From NCBI RefSeq assembly GCF_020745735.1, contig NC_083408.1, positions 17,732,484 to 17,796,483 on the forward strand: a DNA stretch of 64,000 bases. Direction: 5' to 3'. Below the pieces are notes generated by a model. The model ran no database searches. It was given only the letters and a program-made list of their open reading frames with translations, and was not told the origin of the DNA. A program made the translations under genes and the position numbers. Source of the DNA: Hemiscyllium ocellatum (Eukaryota). Shown here in pieces: positions 25,776 to 38,891 of the stretch; position 1 is the first letter of the stretch, and each line of letters starts with the position of its first letter.

Positions 25776-27119
25776 CTGTAAAACAAAAATCAAAGTCAAT
25801 GAAAAATGCCTCTTTATGATACAAACAGCCAATCTTTAGATTACTTCTTCACAGGGTGAAGACACCACCTTCCAAATGGCAACTCCAACCATTGTTGAAA
25901 CAATGCTTACTATTGTTGAAGTATTTTGATTTGTGAAAGCATTTGTGATTACCTGTGACATAACCTGTATAATTATTCCTAAAGAACATTGGCTTTGAAA
26001 CAATTGAAACCTGTGATAAAACTAAAATCATCGAAGATACCATCATGTAACCCATGGAATTAAGAATTTGTCTCTCACTTAACATCATCTATTGACACTT
26101 GTGACAAGAGTAATCTGAATATAATGAGTTCATTTCCATGTTCATGACCCTTGAGTGCAAATGCTGCTCGTCACGCTGACTGCCAAATCACATCCCAAAT
26201 TTTGGACAAATTATAATAAATAATAACTATTTTCTTTGCAGAGTTCTGAAGTTTTACAGATTCGGTGAACAACCATCGAAATTCTGTTCATTATATTTAA
26301 AGTGATCGAAAATGCTTTGCTTTATTGGTGTGATGTCATTCTCTATTTCTGTCATTGTTCCTCGTGGGCTGAGTTTGGAGTAGTTCTGAAAACAAGACAC
26401 TGAGTACAGCATTGGATATCGAGAAGGACACCCATCTCCCTAAGTCTTTCCCTCCATTCAGTTAGTTCATAACTTGTCTGTACTTTCATTTTATTTACCA
26501 AGCTGCATTTTTTACTTTCTTCATAGAACAAGGTAGATTAAAAAAACAAGCAAAAGCGTCTTAAATTAACCTACAAATGCGATGGAAATGTGCACTAGTT
26601 TTATAGACATCCACTAATCACTGTGCAAACATCACCACCCCAAACTGGGCTAAAGCAGCCTGTCTCGAGTTCCTAGTTCATTCATCCCTATTGTAGAACT
26701 CTTACCAGAATTTATTCTCCTGCCTCATCCAGTAATTACTGACAGTATCTTAAAGTTGCTCAGTGAGATCACGTTTAGCCCAGTTAATCAAATGTGATAC
26801 ATACTTGGTCTGTGGTCTGATCCCAAAAATGAAGTTAAAGAGCTCAGTGCCAGATAGAAATCGATGTCGTACAATGCCCAAGACTAACATTTCATTCGTG
26901 AGCAGGGAATGAAGTATTGAACGCATTTTGACTTATTTTCAAATAAGGGTCACTGCATATTTTAACCACGTCACTTTGAGACCACGACATCAAAAGACAA
27001 AGTATCAGAATAAGGCTGTTCGGCCAATCCATAGATGAGATCATAATGATGCTGGAAAAGCACAGCAGTTTAGACAGTATCCGATGAGCAGGAAATTCGA
27101 CGTTTTGGGACAAAGCCGT

Positions 27120-27490
27120 TCTACTGTCTTCTCCCCATAATAAACAAGAGCCGATCTGTCTCTGGCTTGAATACACACAATTGGCCTGGCCTCTACATCC
27201 CTCTGGTTGAAGAAATTCCTCCCCATCTCAGTTCTAAACGGTGCCCCTTTGACCCTGAGACTGTGCCCTTGGGTTCTCGTATCGCCTACCAGTCAAAACA
27301 TCTATTCGACGTTCACTCGACCTCAGTCACTCAGTATTTTCTATGTTTCAATCAGATATCTCTCCAGTATCCCCCCTCCACCCCCAAACTTATCCTTGAA
27401 GCGGCTACCAGGCAAGGATTCAGCACTCTGAATGCCTCTCCCAGCATGGCGAGGCAATAAACTATTTAACAAAGCTCACTGTCTATCTAT
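27120..27490 (-). mobile_element. CR1 LINE 3' fragment
   Basis: Reverse-complement CR1 3' UTR and ORF2 end (GRNFFNQRDVEA). Confidence 0.7.
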
Positions 27491-27703
27491 CTATCTTCAA
27501 CAGAGAGGAAGCATGCTTTTCTGACTTGCCAAAATGTTAAATTATGAGCAATGCTCATGCAACACTCAAACTGAAATGAGATACGTGGCATGTTAGGAAA
27601 TGAGAAGCTGTACCGTGCTGTTTACTACGCCTGATAAATTAGTGTGTTTGATTCACATCAGAGTTCAGAATGATTTGTAGCTCCCTCAGAATGTTTCTCT
27701 TAC

Positions 27704-28013
27704 CCTGAAGTGCGGTGATGTTTTTACTTTGAATGTTCCCTCATGAGTGACCTGACAGGTATAGACTGCGCTGTTGAACAATTCACCATATGGGACCATC
27801 AGCCGACGCGTCACCGAGAAGCTCCCGTTTGCCTCACACATGGGAGACGTGAAGAAGCCAGAATCCAATGGTCGGCCATTTTTCGCCAAATCACAGAGAC
27901 TGACTTCGGATGGAAATCGATGATTGAACAGACGACGGTTGCAAACCTGCTGCCTGTGATTTATTCACTGAATCTCACAGTTAGGAGAAGAGTTTGTTGC
28001 GGCATATCTGGAC
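27704..28013 (-). pseudogene. Cmu2 exon, stop plus two 1-nt deletions
   Basis: [41 protein letters not shown] / [49 protein letters not shown] / [12 protein letters not shown] at 27961-27963. Length 310 nt (312 expected). AG/GT intact. Confidence 0.93.
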
Positions 28014-28464
28014 CTTTAGGAAACGCATCGCATAAATTAGCTGACGAATTTCATAACAAATACAATCAGTTCTCCTGTATCAAGGTTTCTTGTGGTTAAT
28101 GGATACAAGAATCATAATTGTGCAGAGTGCTGGAGAAGCTGGGATCCACACAGAAAGATCAGCAGGACAATGTGAAAGCCTAAAATTATAGGACACAGCA
28201 AGGGAGTCAAGGAGGCATAGAAACTAAAGGCTGGTTAAATCAGAAGGGAGATGCAACGTTGGATGGTATTCGTTTTAATGACAGAGTCTGATGAACAAGG
28301 CAAATGAATTACCGGCATAAATGAGGAAATGATGTGGTTGCTATCACGAAGACATATTAAGAGCGGGACAGGGTTGGCTATTCAATATTCCAGGATTTAC
28401 TGCCGTCAGGCGAGACAGGGAAAGATGGAAAAGGATGGGGGCGGAAGGGGCGGAGGTGCCGTAT

Positions 28465-28748
28465 AGAATGTTGCTTCTGCCTCACAGCGCCAGAGACACG
28501 GGTTCAATTCCCAACTCAGGCAGCTGACTGTGTGGAGTTTGCACATTCTCCCCGTGTGTGCGTGGGTTTTCTCCAGGTGCTCCGTTTCCTCCCACAGTCC
28601 AAAAGATGTGCCAGGTAAATTGGCCATGTTAAATTGCCCCTAGTGTTAGGTTAGGGGTATGGGTGGGTTGCGCTTCGGCGGGTCATTGTGGGCTTGTTGG
28701 GCCGAAGGGCCTGTTTCCACACTTTAAGTAATCTAATCTAATCTAATC
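28465..28748 (+). mobile_element. HE1-like tRNA-derived SINE
   Basis: GCCTCACAGCGCCAGAGACACGGGTTCAATTCC...TGTGTGGAGTTTGCACATTCTCCCCGTG...GGGCCGAAGGGCCTGTTTCC with an (AATCT)n tail. Confidence 0.85.
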
Positions 28749-29099
28749 AATTCTGACAACAGTATTTTAGGCTGTAAAGTGAAATGAAATCATGGATGCC
28801 TCCTCGAGCGACGGCAAGTGGGCAGAACTTCAAAACAAAAATACAGCAAACATAACTACTGGGAGAGCACGATAGGTCCAAAAGACCAAGTGCAGATACA
28901 TGGGCAAATTTCAGAGAAAAGTAAATTAAATAGGGAATGAGAAAAGAGGTTTTTAACTTGCTCAGCGTAGGCTCTGATATTCATTATTGACAAAAGTTTA
29001 GAGGGAGCAGAATTCTGAAAATGCCCCCAGGAGAATATTTTAATAAAGTATGTGTTTAACACAGAGAATTTCAATACAGACTTTTCAAGGGTGGAATGA

Positions 29100-31290
29100 A
29101 CCTGAACTTAACTTGAAGGAATGAAGTCAACCCAGTGGGTAAAACATCACTGGTGGAACACTTTGCAGACAGTGATCATAAATCTCCTGGATTCCAGATT
29201 GTTCTGGAAAGGGATAAAAATTGGTCCAAAGTTCTGAATCGGGAGGGGGGAGGCAGGGGAGGACAATGTTAATAAGATCAGGTAATGATTTGCCCAGAGT
29301 GGACTGGAAGCTGGCACTTAGTGGTAAATCTAAATCAGAGCAGTGTGACACATTTAAGAAAGAAATAAGAAAAGCACAAGAAGGATATTTCCCAGAAAGC
29401 CACTGCGTGGGATCAAGAATGCAACGGCCTCTGGACACCAAACGATATGGAGGGGGCGATAAAAACAAACTAAGGCGGCTTCTGGTCTGTAATGAAATCT
29501 GAAAACAATAGAAACTAGTATGGAGTACAGAAGGTTCAAGGGTGAGCTTGAAAGAAAGATGAATTAGAAGAGCAAATGGGAACATGAGAAAGTAATAGGA
29601 GTCAAAATAAAGGAAACTATTTTTAAAAGTTACAGGCTCATTCATAAAAGACTAATTGGGGAAACAGTAATGCACATCAAGTGTTATTATAAGACTGGAG
29701 CCGGAGGATTAGGTTGCTGTTGAAACGTATGTGTTGTGTCAGTATTCACTAGTAAGAGGGACAATGTAGGGTCAGAAATCATGGAGGAGTGTTGCGATGT
29801 ACTTTCAGAAATTAGGACACATGACGTGATGTTCTGTGTTGTCTTGCTGGATGAAAAGTGGTTATATTTCCAGGGCAGATGAAATGTCTGTCAAGCTGTT
29901 GAGCAATGCAAAGGATGAAATTGTTGAGTCACTGACAATACTTTAGAATTCCTGTCTGGCCGCAGCAGTTGTACCAAGTGAGTATAAATCAGCCAATGTT
30001 GCAATGTTATGCAGTACAAAGTAAGGCATAAACAATAAAATCACAAGCTAATCTCAGTGCTCGGGAAACAATTGAGAAATGGAATTAGTCTTTATTTGGA
30101 AGATCAATCAACAATTTTCAGCACGGTTGTATTGAGAGGAAGTCATGTTTAACAATTTGATGGTAGTTTTCAGACAGATAACTCGATGTCCAGATGATAG
30201 CAATAATCAGAGCCAATGGGATCTGAGGTAATTTGCCAGACTGGATTCAGAACTGACTGAGGCGTGGGAGCAGAGGATAATGGTCATCTGCGTGACTGGA
30301 AATCTATGTCTCATGGTGTTCTGCAGGGATTGGTGTTGATGTCTTTGCTGTTTCTCTTATATACCAATGATTGTGATTCACATTTAGGACGGTTAGCCAG
30401 TAAATTCACAGATCAAAGAAAAATTGTCGTATTGGTAAGTCATGAGCACAATGGCTGTAGCTTGAAGGAGGATATACAAGGGTTGGTTCTATGCGAAGAG
30501 AAGTTGCAAATGGAAATTATTCTGGATAAATGTAACGTGATGTAAATCAGCAGAAGAAACTACAAGGTATTAGGTTTTGAATGGTCGAACCCTGGAAAGG
30601 ACTGAGGATCTTTAGTGTACATACCCAACGATCCCCTATAGTACTGTGTCGTCTGGATAAAGAGGCTAAGAAGGTGGGGAGGATATTTGCTTTTATTAGC
30701 CTAGACATTGACAATAATGAGTAGGGAGATGATACTGGAACTTAATAAAACTCTGGTTGGGCCATACTAAAGCGTTGTGTGCATGTTATCGAAGGAATTT
30801 GATTACACTGAAGGCAGTATTGATGAAATTTGCCAGAATTTTGCCTGGGTTGGAGTGCTTAGGTTATGAAACTAGATAAGATAGACTGGGGTTTTCCTTG
30901 GAGCAGAGGAGAATTAGGGAGAAGATGATTGTGATATTTATGCCAAAATTAATTCCAGACAGGGTTAACTGGATAAGACATTTCCCCTTGATGGAGAGAT
31001 CAATGCCTCAGAGGCACAGGGTGAAGGTAAGGCCAGGAGATTTAGAGTGGATCTCAGGGGAAATCAAAATTAAACAGAGGGTGGTGTGAGTCTGGAGCTC
31101 AGTGCCTATAAGTCATGAAAAGACTGAGCCCCTCATAATAAGTATGAAGTAATTAGATGCATCCTTGCAAAGGCAAGTCACACAAGGCAATGGATCAAGT
31201 GCTGGCACATGAGATTGGAATAGTTAGGTGTCTATTATTGATATGTGTGGACTGGATGGACCAAAGGGCCTTTCTCCTGTGTTGTATAAG
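29100..31290 (+). mobile_element. Old degraded CR1 LINE in the Cmu1-Cmu2 intron
   Basis: Collinear ORF2 remnants (SHGVLQGLVL, YTNDCD...ASKF) ending in a CR1 3' UTR. Confidence 0.7.
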
Positions 31291-31375
31291 GTGATTCAGT
31301 GAAAACGGTGATAAATAATGCCTTATTCATGTTAATCCCAGATGTTCTGTTTATCTCAGTTCCCACAGCACTTAC

Positions 31376-31680
31376 CTGGACATGGCATTTCTTTGGTATT
31401 GTGTGACCCGTTGTGTTGAACCTCACAGCAGATTTTGCTGCGGCAATCTACCACTGACTCGGGCAGAGTTATCTCACTGCTCAGGGTGTAGGTTCCTTCT
31501 TGTTTCTCACTGATGGGTAATTCTTCAATTCAGTCGTGGTTAGCTCCCCACCTTTCTTCCAGGTTACCTTGGTGACGTCAGGGTATTAGTCCATCGCCAA
31601 ACAACCAAAGATCACACAACCGTTGTTGTGCTCCTGACAAGAGGAGACGAGCCCATTAAGCGTGGCGGGAGACGGTGTCT
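31376..31680 (-). pseudogene. Cmu1 exon, stop plus 1-nt deletion
   Basis: [60 protein letters not shown] / TYTLSSEITLPESVVDCRSKICCEVQHNGSHNTKEMPCP. TAA at 31586-31588. Length 305 nt (306 needed for phase 1-1). AG/GT intact. Confidence 0.93.
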
Positions 31681-34344
31681 CTACAATAGAATGACCAATT
31701 GATTTCACTGAACGAACAGAGCTCTTTCTTAATCACATAATGGGAATGAAGCTTCCCTCATGTTTAGTAAGGCAATCACACATAATATTTCTTTATTCCA
31801 GGGAAGTATAGTGTTAAATTAATGGAATATAATGGTTGGGATGTTTCAATTTGAAATTCTCAGAGATTTAAGGCTTACTTTCATGAGCAATTAATTCCAG
31901 CGTCATTGTGTCACTTGAAATACTCAGAGAAATGTCTTTCATAAATGGTGTCTCCCTTTGATTTGGGCAGTCGAATCATTAAATCTGGGATAGCTTTTGC
32001 TTGTTAATCACAGGTGTTAAAGTGTTTTAGCTAAAGGTCGGCCTGTGGATTTAGCTCACAGATGAATCATGACCTAAATAAGTGGTGGAACAGCTCGAGG
32101 GACTAAATGACCTCCTCTTGCTCCTACCTTCCTATCGTTGTGTCATTCATTAAGCTAGCACTGGTAATGACCACTTTTTATTAAAATATTTCAACAAATT
32201 AACTGTTTCACGCATGCTTTAAAAGAAAAACGTATGTTGATTATTTGGAACGGGATCATTGACATTCTCTAGTTGAGTGATCAAAATAACTTCCACCCAA
32301 TTACAGCAGCCACTGCACTCTGGAGTGTGTTGTTACTTCATAATATCTCTTGGGAAACTGTAGCTTGAGATCAGGGCTCTCAAATTCAATGATTCTCTGA
32401 TATTTAATATCTATGAACATTCGCAATTTGTTCAAATGCATCTTTTCTCTGAAGAACGTGTTTTATCGAACAGAACTTCTTTCAATGAAACAACAATCTT
32501 TAAATGCTAGAAAACCAAAATAAAGACAGAAATTTCGGAAGAAACACAGCAGGTCTGGCAGTTCCTGTGGAGAGAAAGCAATGTTAACCTTTCACATCTA
32601 GATATCCCCTCTTCGGCAAATTGTTTTCCTGTTTTTGGCACAAGAGCTCACACCTGTTGAGATAAACAAGAATTATGTTTGCTTGTCTCCTGTTGGGAAA
32701 AATGATTCTGAATAGAGGTACTGGATGGTCGGAGATAGCAATTGAAGACCAACTGGAAAGCTATCACCATCGGCTGCAAGTGTTGGATTCAGCAGAAACC
32801 CCACCGTACTGAGCAATAAAATTCAGCTACAGCACTGGTTTAATATACAATAAAACAGCCTAAGCATAATCTCATCAAATATGCTTCGAAAATGATTCAT
32901 TCTGGATTAGTTATAAATGATATTGTTAGAACAGCAAGTCAAAAGCTGGGATGTTTTGGAGCACTTACTCCATTAACCCCATCTAGCGATGCCCAAATGT
33001 TTGTGAACAAATATTGATCCGGCAAAAGCTGCTAACCACAAAAATTCTGTTTAATATCTAAGTGACACAAGTCAGGACAGCGACTGAATAGATTTCACTG
33101 GCCTCTGTGAGTGGAATTCTCACATCTCAATCTGCTTTCTTGCACTGACGTAACCTGATAAGAGATGGTGTTAGATACGTCTCTAACAGGTTATAAGTGA
33201 ACACAGGCCACCTGGCACAGAATCAGGGACCCTACTACAACATCGCAACAGACCTGAACTCAATGAGCTCGACACTATCACGGAGAACACAGTCCACCTG
33301 TTTGACAGTACATAAACCATGTTAGTTATTAACACATTCAACAACCAAGGATTGTTCCAGAACGTTTGAACAATGAAAGTAAAATTTCAACATTTATCCA
33401 AGAATACTTTGACAGCAGCTACGAATTGTTCAAGCTCTATGGGAATTAGAGAAAAATAAAACTGATAATTGCATTGCCATCAAATCACTGTCACTGGATT
33501 TCACCCTCGAACCCCCATCCTCTTTCCCCTGTAAATATTGCTGCACCAGTAGTCTTTTTCTACTTAGTTTGAAAAAGACTAAAATGTTTTGAATTGTAAA
33601 ATGACTGTTGGCAGTGACATTAAAAGCTGATGTTAGGTTTTCAAATAATAAGATGAAAAAAATTCTGATTCTATATTGTGCCGCTAAACATGTCATGCAC
33701 AACTGAGGCACATAGAAAATATCCAGCCTATTTCCCCCTGCCTCACTCAATCAAACATCTCTGGATGCCAAAAACCAATTTCAAAACTCTTGCTACCTGC
33801 CTTTTATTCATGAAATATTCGTTCTGATTGGAACAACATAGTCAGGGCTCTCAATTCTGAGGTACCTCATCGATTATTGCATTTTTGGCAGATAAAAGAG
33901 TTTTTGAACCTCGAGATGAAATTAAACTGTCTGAGATTCAGGTATCCTACCTATGCAATTTACAAATGGTCATCAGACGAACTAACCAGAGTATTAATGT
34001 GAACAAGAATGTGTTCACAATGACCATAAATAACCACTGAGTTAATAAACCTAATAAGTCAATGTATTGAACAAAATGATTGAGGAAATACTAAAGCACA
34101 GATCCGGAGGCAATGGATTATTCTCTAAATTATTTTTACATATTCTTAAAACATTTCTTGAACTGTGGAGATTTTTCATGCACTGCATAAAGTCAATACT
34201 GCATTCAAGTGTGAAAAGCATTTCTGTTGAAGAAACTAGGGCAAGTTTATTTTCTTGTTAACTGCTTTTAATGTACAAAAATGTTTAAAAAGATATAAAT
34301 TGAAAACTTCTGTCTGGAGTTCCCCACTTTAACCGATGTCTAAG

Positions 34345-34640
34345 AAAATGTGGGCACTGTTGCCTCACAGATCAGGTACCCAGGCTCGGTTCCAGCCTCG
34401 GGTTACTGTCTGTGTGGAGTTCACACATTCTCCCCTATGTCTGTGTGCAGTTCCTCCCACAATCCAAAGATGTGCATGTCAGGTGAACTGGTCATGCTAT
34501 ATTGTCCATAGAGTTAGGTACATTTGTCAGGGGTAAATATAGGTTAGAGCAATGGTTCTGGGTGGGTTATTCTCCAGACGGTCGATGTGGACTTGTTGGG
34601 CCAAATGACCCGATACATACTGCAGAAAATCTAATCTAAA
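34345..34640 (+). mobile_element. HE1-like SINE
   Basis: Same core as the 28465 copy; AATCTAATCT tail. Confidence 0.8.
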
Positions 34641-34889
34641 TTATTGTCAAACTTAACTAATGTGAGCAGATTCTTTCCAATCGCTATATTGCAATAAATC
34701 GGTCAAATATATTAATTAAAATAAATATTACTCTATTTTCAGTGTATGAATAAACAATGTGCTCTGTTATCCTCTAGTTCATGTCTTCTGCAAAATTGTG
34801 AACTATGCACCGTCTGAACACATCGATGTAAATTGAATTCTCTGCTTTTGCAGCAAGTACTCCCATCGTTTTAAGGGTAGAGTTCCTCC

Positions 34890-35222
34890 AGTATGGAAAC
34901 ATGCCATTTGGCCAAACAATTCCACACTGACCCTCTTAACAGTAAGTAGACCAGCCAGACCCATTCAACCGAACTTACATTGACCTCTGACTAATGCACT
35001 CTAACCTAGACATCCTTGAACACACAATGGCTGTTCTAAATAGCAAAATCACCTGACCTGCACATCTTTGGAATGTGGGATGAAACCGGAGCACCCGAAG
35101 GAAACCCACGCAGACACAGGGAGAACGTGCAAACTCCACGCAGACAGCCACCCAAGGGTGAGAATAGAACCCAGGACCCTAGCGCTGTGAAGCAGCAGTG
35201 ACAACCACTGAGCCACCACGAT
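34890..35222 (-). mobile_element. HE1-like SINE
   Basis: Reverse complement of the same core (GGAGAACGTGCAAACTCCAC...GAACCCAGG...CACTGAGCCACC). Confidence 0.8.
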
Positions 35223-36827
35223 ACCCTATGATTTCATGAGTGGATTATTTTAATTAATTCGAAATTTGGCCTTGGTCACATAATTCACTATAGCAGTTGC
35301 TTCCGAAAGAATGACTCTTCAGTTGATATTTTGTTGTAAAATGCAACTATTTATTTTAAACGGACAGATTGGACCCTCTAAAGCAGTGTGCAGATTAAAT
35401 AATTCAGTTAATGTTTTATTTCTATCCTGCGAATCCAGTTTAATCAGGGACATATTAATAAACTCAAGTTACTTGTGAAAACGATCAAAGCAATGAAACT
35501 CATCTGTTCTTCATCAATCGAGCAGAATTTCCAAATTGTCATTCTAATGACCTTTTTCAGACAGAGAAATTATATGTCGTGTACAGCAGAATAAAAAGGT
35601 GTTTCTTTATCAATTATAACACTGTCGTGGCATTTTTGCTCAAGTGCAAGAATTATTAGAACATTATACTTTTGAAATTCTATTTATGACTTGTAAATTG
35701 ATTATAGACAGACCTTGTGAATGAACGAGATAGTTGAGTTCTGAATGTGGATTGCAAAGCATGGATTAGATTAATCCTTAATTATTACTTCTCAGTAAAG
35801 ATTGCACCCTAGGTTATCTGTTTCCCTTCATTTCCAAAATCTTAGCGATTTGCCTTTCACTTAATATTAGGCTTTATGGAATTTCAACTCGCATGCTGAT
35901 TGCATTGAAGGAGGAACCTGCAGAGGTTCACTGTCACCAACCGTGTTAACATTGCAAAAGCAATGTAGAAACCAGAAACGGTTTCCCAAATATAACACAG
36001 TTAATGTCGCCGAAGCACATTCCCTTCTCAACAGAGCAAAGATCGCCAAGTCACAACCCGGTGTGTTTGCAGCAGAACTAGCTCTGCAAACATTTTCAAC
36101 AAAACCAAGAACATGTTGTAACCTCACAAAAAAAACCCAAATTGAAGTCTAACAAAACTGCTCAGAATCAAGCAAACTTATGATTAAATTGAATAGAAAA
36201 AACAAGTCACAACCGCAGCCTTGTTTGTGAGGGGACTTAACACTTCAAGCTGTAACATTTCCGCAACAGTTCAAGTTATTTCCAACATGTACACCCTTCG
36301 TGATCATGACAATCTTGTGCAGCGTACAATAGAGCGGTGGAAGGCTTATCTGATTAATCACTTCGAGGTTAAAACAATATTACGTGAATGAACAAGTATT
36401 ACCACATTATAATCTTATGTTCGTGTCAATTAAGTAATGTGATCAATTTTGCTGTATCAGATTTTAGTACCAAATTTTATTTTGAATAAGGCTACTCAAA
36501 ACCAAATTGAGTTAGTTTACAATTAGAACGGAGATTTTTTTTAAAAGTCAATGCATTAAAAACTCGTTTCTTTGTCCATTTCTCATACTTCCATGTTTCT
36601 ACCTTAAGTTGGTTTTCAGACAGTTACAAAAGGATGTAATGTTTTCAATCAAGCAGAGAAAAATATGTCATATGAGTTTAACAAATGCAGAAATGATTCG
36701 TGAAAAGCAAAGAATACCTCAAATAATGAGAATGGAAAGTAATCCAGAGAGACAATCTCCTTACCAGAAATAAAACAGCAATTGCAGAAATCATGAAAAC
36801 GCAGATCAATTCTACAAACTAAATAAG

Positions 36828-37105
36828 AATCTAATCAACTCAATTTAACAGAATAAAAAAAAATAAAATCAGAATCCAACATCAGATTTAAATGAAACAA
36901 AATCGGAATTCAACCAATTCAATTCAACAGAATCAAATAAAACAATTTCAAAAGCCAATCAACGCAATTCAACAAAACCAAGTAAAAACAAAGTCAGAAT
37001 GCAATCAACACAGTTCAAACCGAATCAACTGAAGCAAAGCCAAAATCCAATCAACTCATTTCAACAGAATCAAGTAAAACAAACTCAGAATCTAATCAAC
37101 AGAAT
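36828..37105. repeat. Degenerate ~45-bp tandem array in the J-Cmu1 intron
   Basis: About 6 units of consensus AATCYAATCAACTCAATTCAACAGAATCAAGTAAAACAAANTCAG. Confidence 0.75.
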
Positions 37106-37631
37106 GAAATATAGCACCGCAAGAAAATTTTATGACAGTTTCTAACCTGCTTATCATCAACAAAATTAACAAAATCAATGAGAACATATTATCCTCGTAA
37201 GAACATTATGTATACGGGGAATATATTCAAGAAATGAATAATGATATTTTAGCATATTTTAATCATGGTTGGTAATATTTCGAACATTATTAAATTCTTA
37301 GTATTTGTTGTTGATAATAAAACTCACAGTCAGGTTGTCACTGACATTAGATAATAGTTATACTGACTGATTAAGAGACATTAGGTGTTTCAAGTAACCC
37401 AGCCACACAGAATGCCCAACTGATCAAAAAAAAGAGATACACCAAGCAACTGACTCCATCATCACCATTTTAACTATGTGCTGATCCTTAACTGAAGTCT
37501 AGAATCTGTCTGAACAAAAATCAATCCTTACCAAACCAAACTCAGCACAGAATCTGAGTTTCATTTAATTCGATATTAGTCACATGAATAGAAAGTTTTT
37601 AAAAAGTCACTAAGAAATTCAAAGTTCTTAC

Positions 37632-37680
37632 CTGAAGTCACTAACACCAATTGCCCCTTGGCCCCAGTAATCAAGATAGT
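37632..37680 (-). pseudogene. JH segment, +1 frameshift
   Basis: YLDYWGQGA then a frame change to LVLVTS, followed by an intact G|GTAAG donor. There are 35 nt from TGG to the donor versus 34 expected for WGxGTxVTVTS+G. Confidence 0.92.
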
Positions 37681-37717
37681 CACAGTGTTACATTCTCTGG
37701 ACTGGGTCACAAAATAA
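37681..37717 (-). other. JH 5' recombination signal sequence (21-bp spacer)
   Basis: Plus strand CACAGTG (canonical heptamer) + 21 nt + ACAAAATAA. The spacer is 1-2 nt shorter than the usual 22/23. Confidence 0.85.
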
Positions 37718-38046
37718 TTCGCTCTGCATAAAACAAATCAAAACTCTACCAATAGTTTAAGTTGTCAGAACCACAGGCAAAATAAATTCACAATAAGTCT
37801 TCACCACAGAATTGCACTATTAAATTCGGACGATTCTCGATAAATTTTAATACTGTTTAATATTTCACAGAGTAACACATGAGCTGATTCTCAAAATCCA
37901 CAACTGGTGTATCAATAATTACCCAACACTTTTACAAATTAAATCGGGGTACTGGCATAAAACTCAACAGAACTAATACTGCACTGCAAGTTAAGACGTT
38001 TTGTAGACGGAATCACTGACTAGTTTCAAACAGTGGATGCTGAATA

Positions 38047-38116
38047 GATTTTTGTATTGATCATATTTGCAGTGTCACTCCAGCTATTCACTGTGGGACA
38101 CGTTGTGAAAATACTG
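38047..38116 (-). other. D2 segment (38075-38088, AATAGCTGGAGTGA) with 12-bp RSS on both sides
   Basis: Plus strand reads GATTTTTGT-12nt-TGCAGTG-[D]-CACTGTG-12nt-AAAATACTG. The 12/12 pattern is typical of shark D2; the 5' nonamer is poor. Confidence 0.82.
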
Positions 38117-38414
38117 TAACAGATTGTAACTGTAAAATGCAGATAATCTCATCACTTCCTGGAAAGCAGTGATTCAGACTCCTCTAAAATGTATTCAGGG
38201 CATTATTTCAGCTTTTACTACTCATTGTATTTTGAAAGCTTGGAATACTTTTACAGGTTTGATCTGCATTTAACTTATCCATCAACACGAAGAAGCTACG
38301 AAAATATACATTTGTACAAACTAGCACTACTGGATTGCATTTAAGTTGCAACTAACATCATTTCTTGCTTCTGCCACGGTAGAAATCACCAACTTGAGAC
38401 AAATCCTTGTCAGT

Positions 38415-38494
38415 GGTTTTTCTATGAGGATGTCTCTATGCACAACACTGCGACCCACTGTAGTATCACAATGATGTAGACCAGTACACTCATT
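38415..38494 (-). other. D1 segment (38453-38466, ATACTACAGTGGGT) with 12-bp 5' RSS and 22-bp 3' RSS
   Basis: Plus strand reads GGTTTTTCT-22nt-CACTGCG-[D]-CACAATG-12nt-ACACTCATT. The 12/22 pattern is typical of shark D1; the 5' nonamer is degenerate. Confidence 0.88.
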
Positions 38495-38852
38495 CTCTGT
38501 TCTTTACTCGAGGTCTCAATGTTCATTTGAAAGAGCCATTTAGTACTGATCATGTTTAGAATTAATGCCATAGTTGACATAACAATTAGCTGTGATTTTC
38601 GGAGCTGTCAGATATATTAAAACTAACATTTTGTCCAAGCATTTAATTGATGGAAGTGTTAGCAGAACATACGACATACCCAAAACATTGTCCCATTGTG
38701 TCACCAGTTTGCTAGTTTAAATGGTACCTTTTCTTTTTGATAGCTTTGTAAGAGGCAGTGTGAGGTCTGCTTCAGATCGCCATTGGTATAATTGCATTTA
38801 AAATTCAAAATGACCGTCAGTTTATGATGGAATGACAAAATGTTCCGTCAGC

Positions 38853-38891
38853 TGTTTTTGAACGGGTCCAACCCTGTTTCCTCTCGCTGTG
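38853..38891 (-). other. VH 3' recombination signal sequence (23-bp spacer)
   Basis: Heptamer CACAGCG, 23-nt spacer, nonamer TCAAAAACA directly after the V coding end. Confidence 0.9.

Noticed and set aside
21241-31680. IgW or IgNAR identity
   Set aside because: There are four C exons with mu-type sequence and tailpiece, a CH1 with an early Cys, two D segments and a conventional VH with an FR2 WVRQ motif.
36828-37105. CRISPR-like array
   Set aside because: Vertebrate DNA; the units are degenerate and contiguous with no unique spacers.
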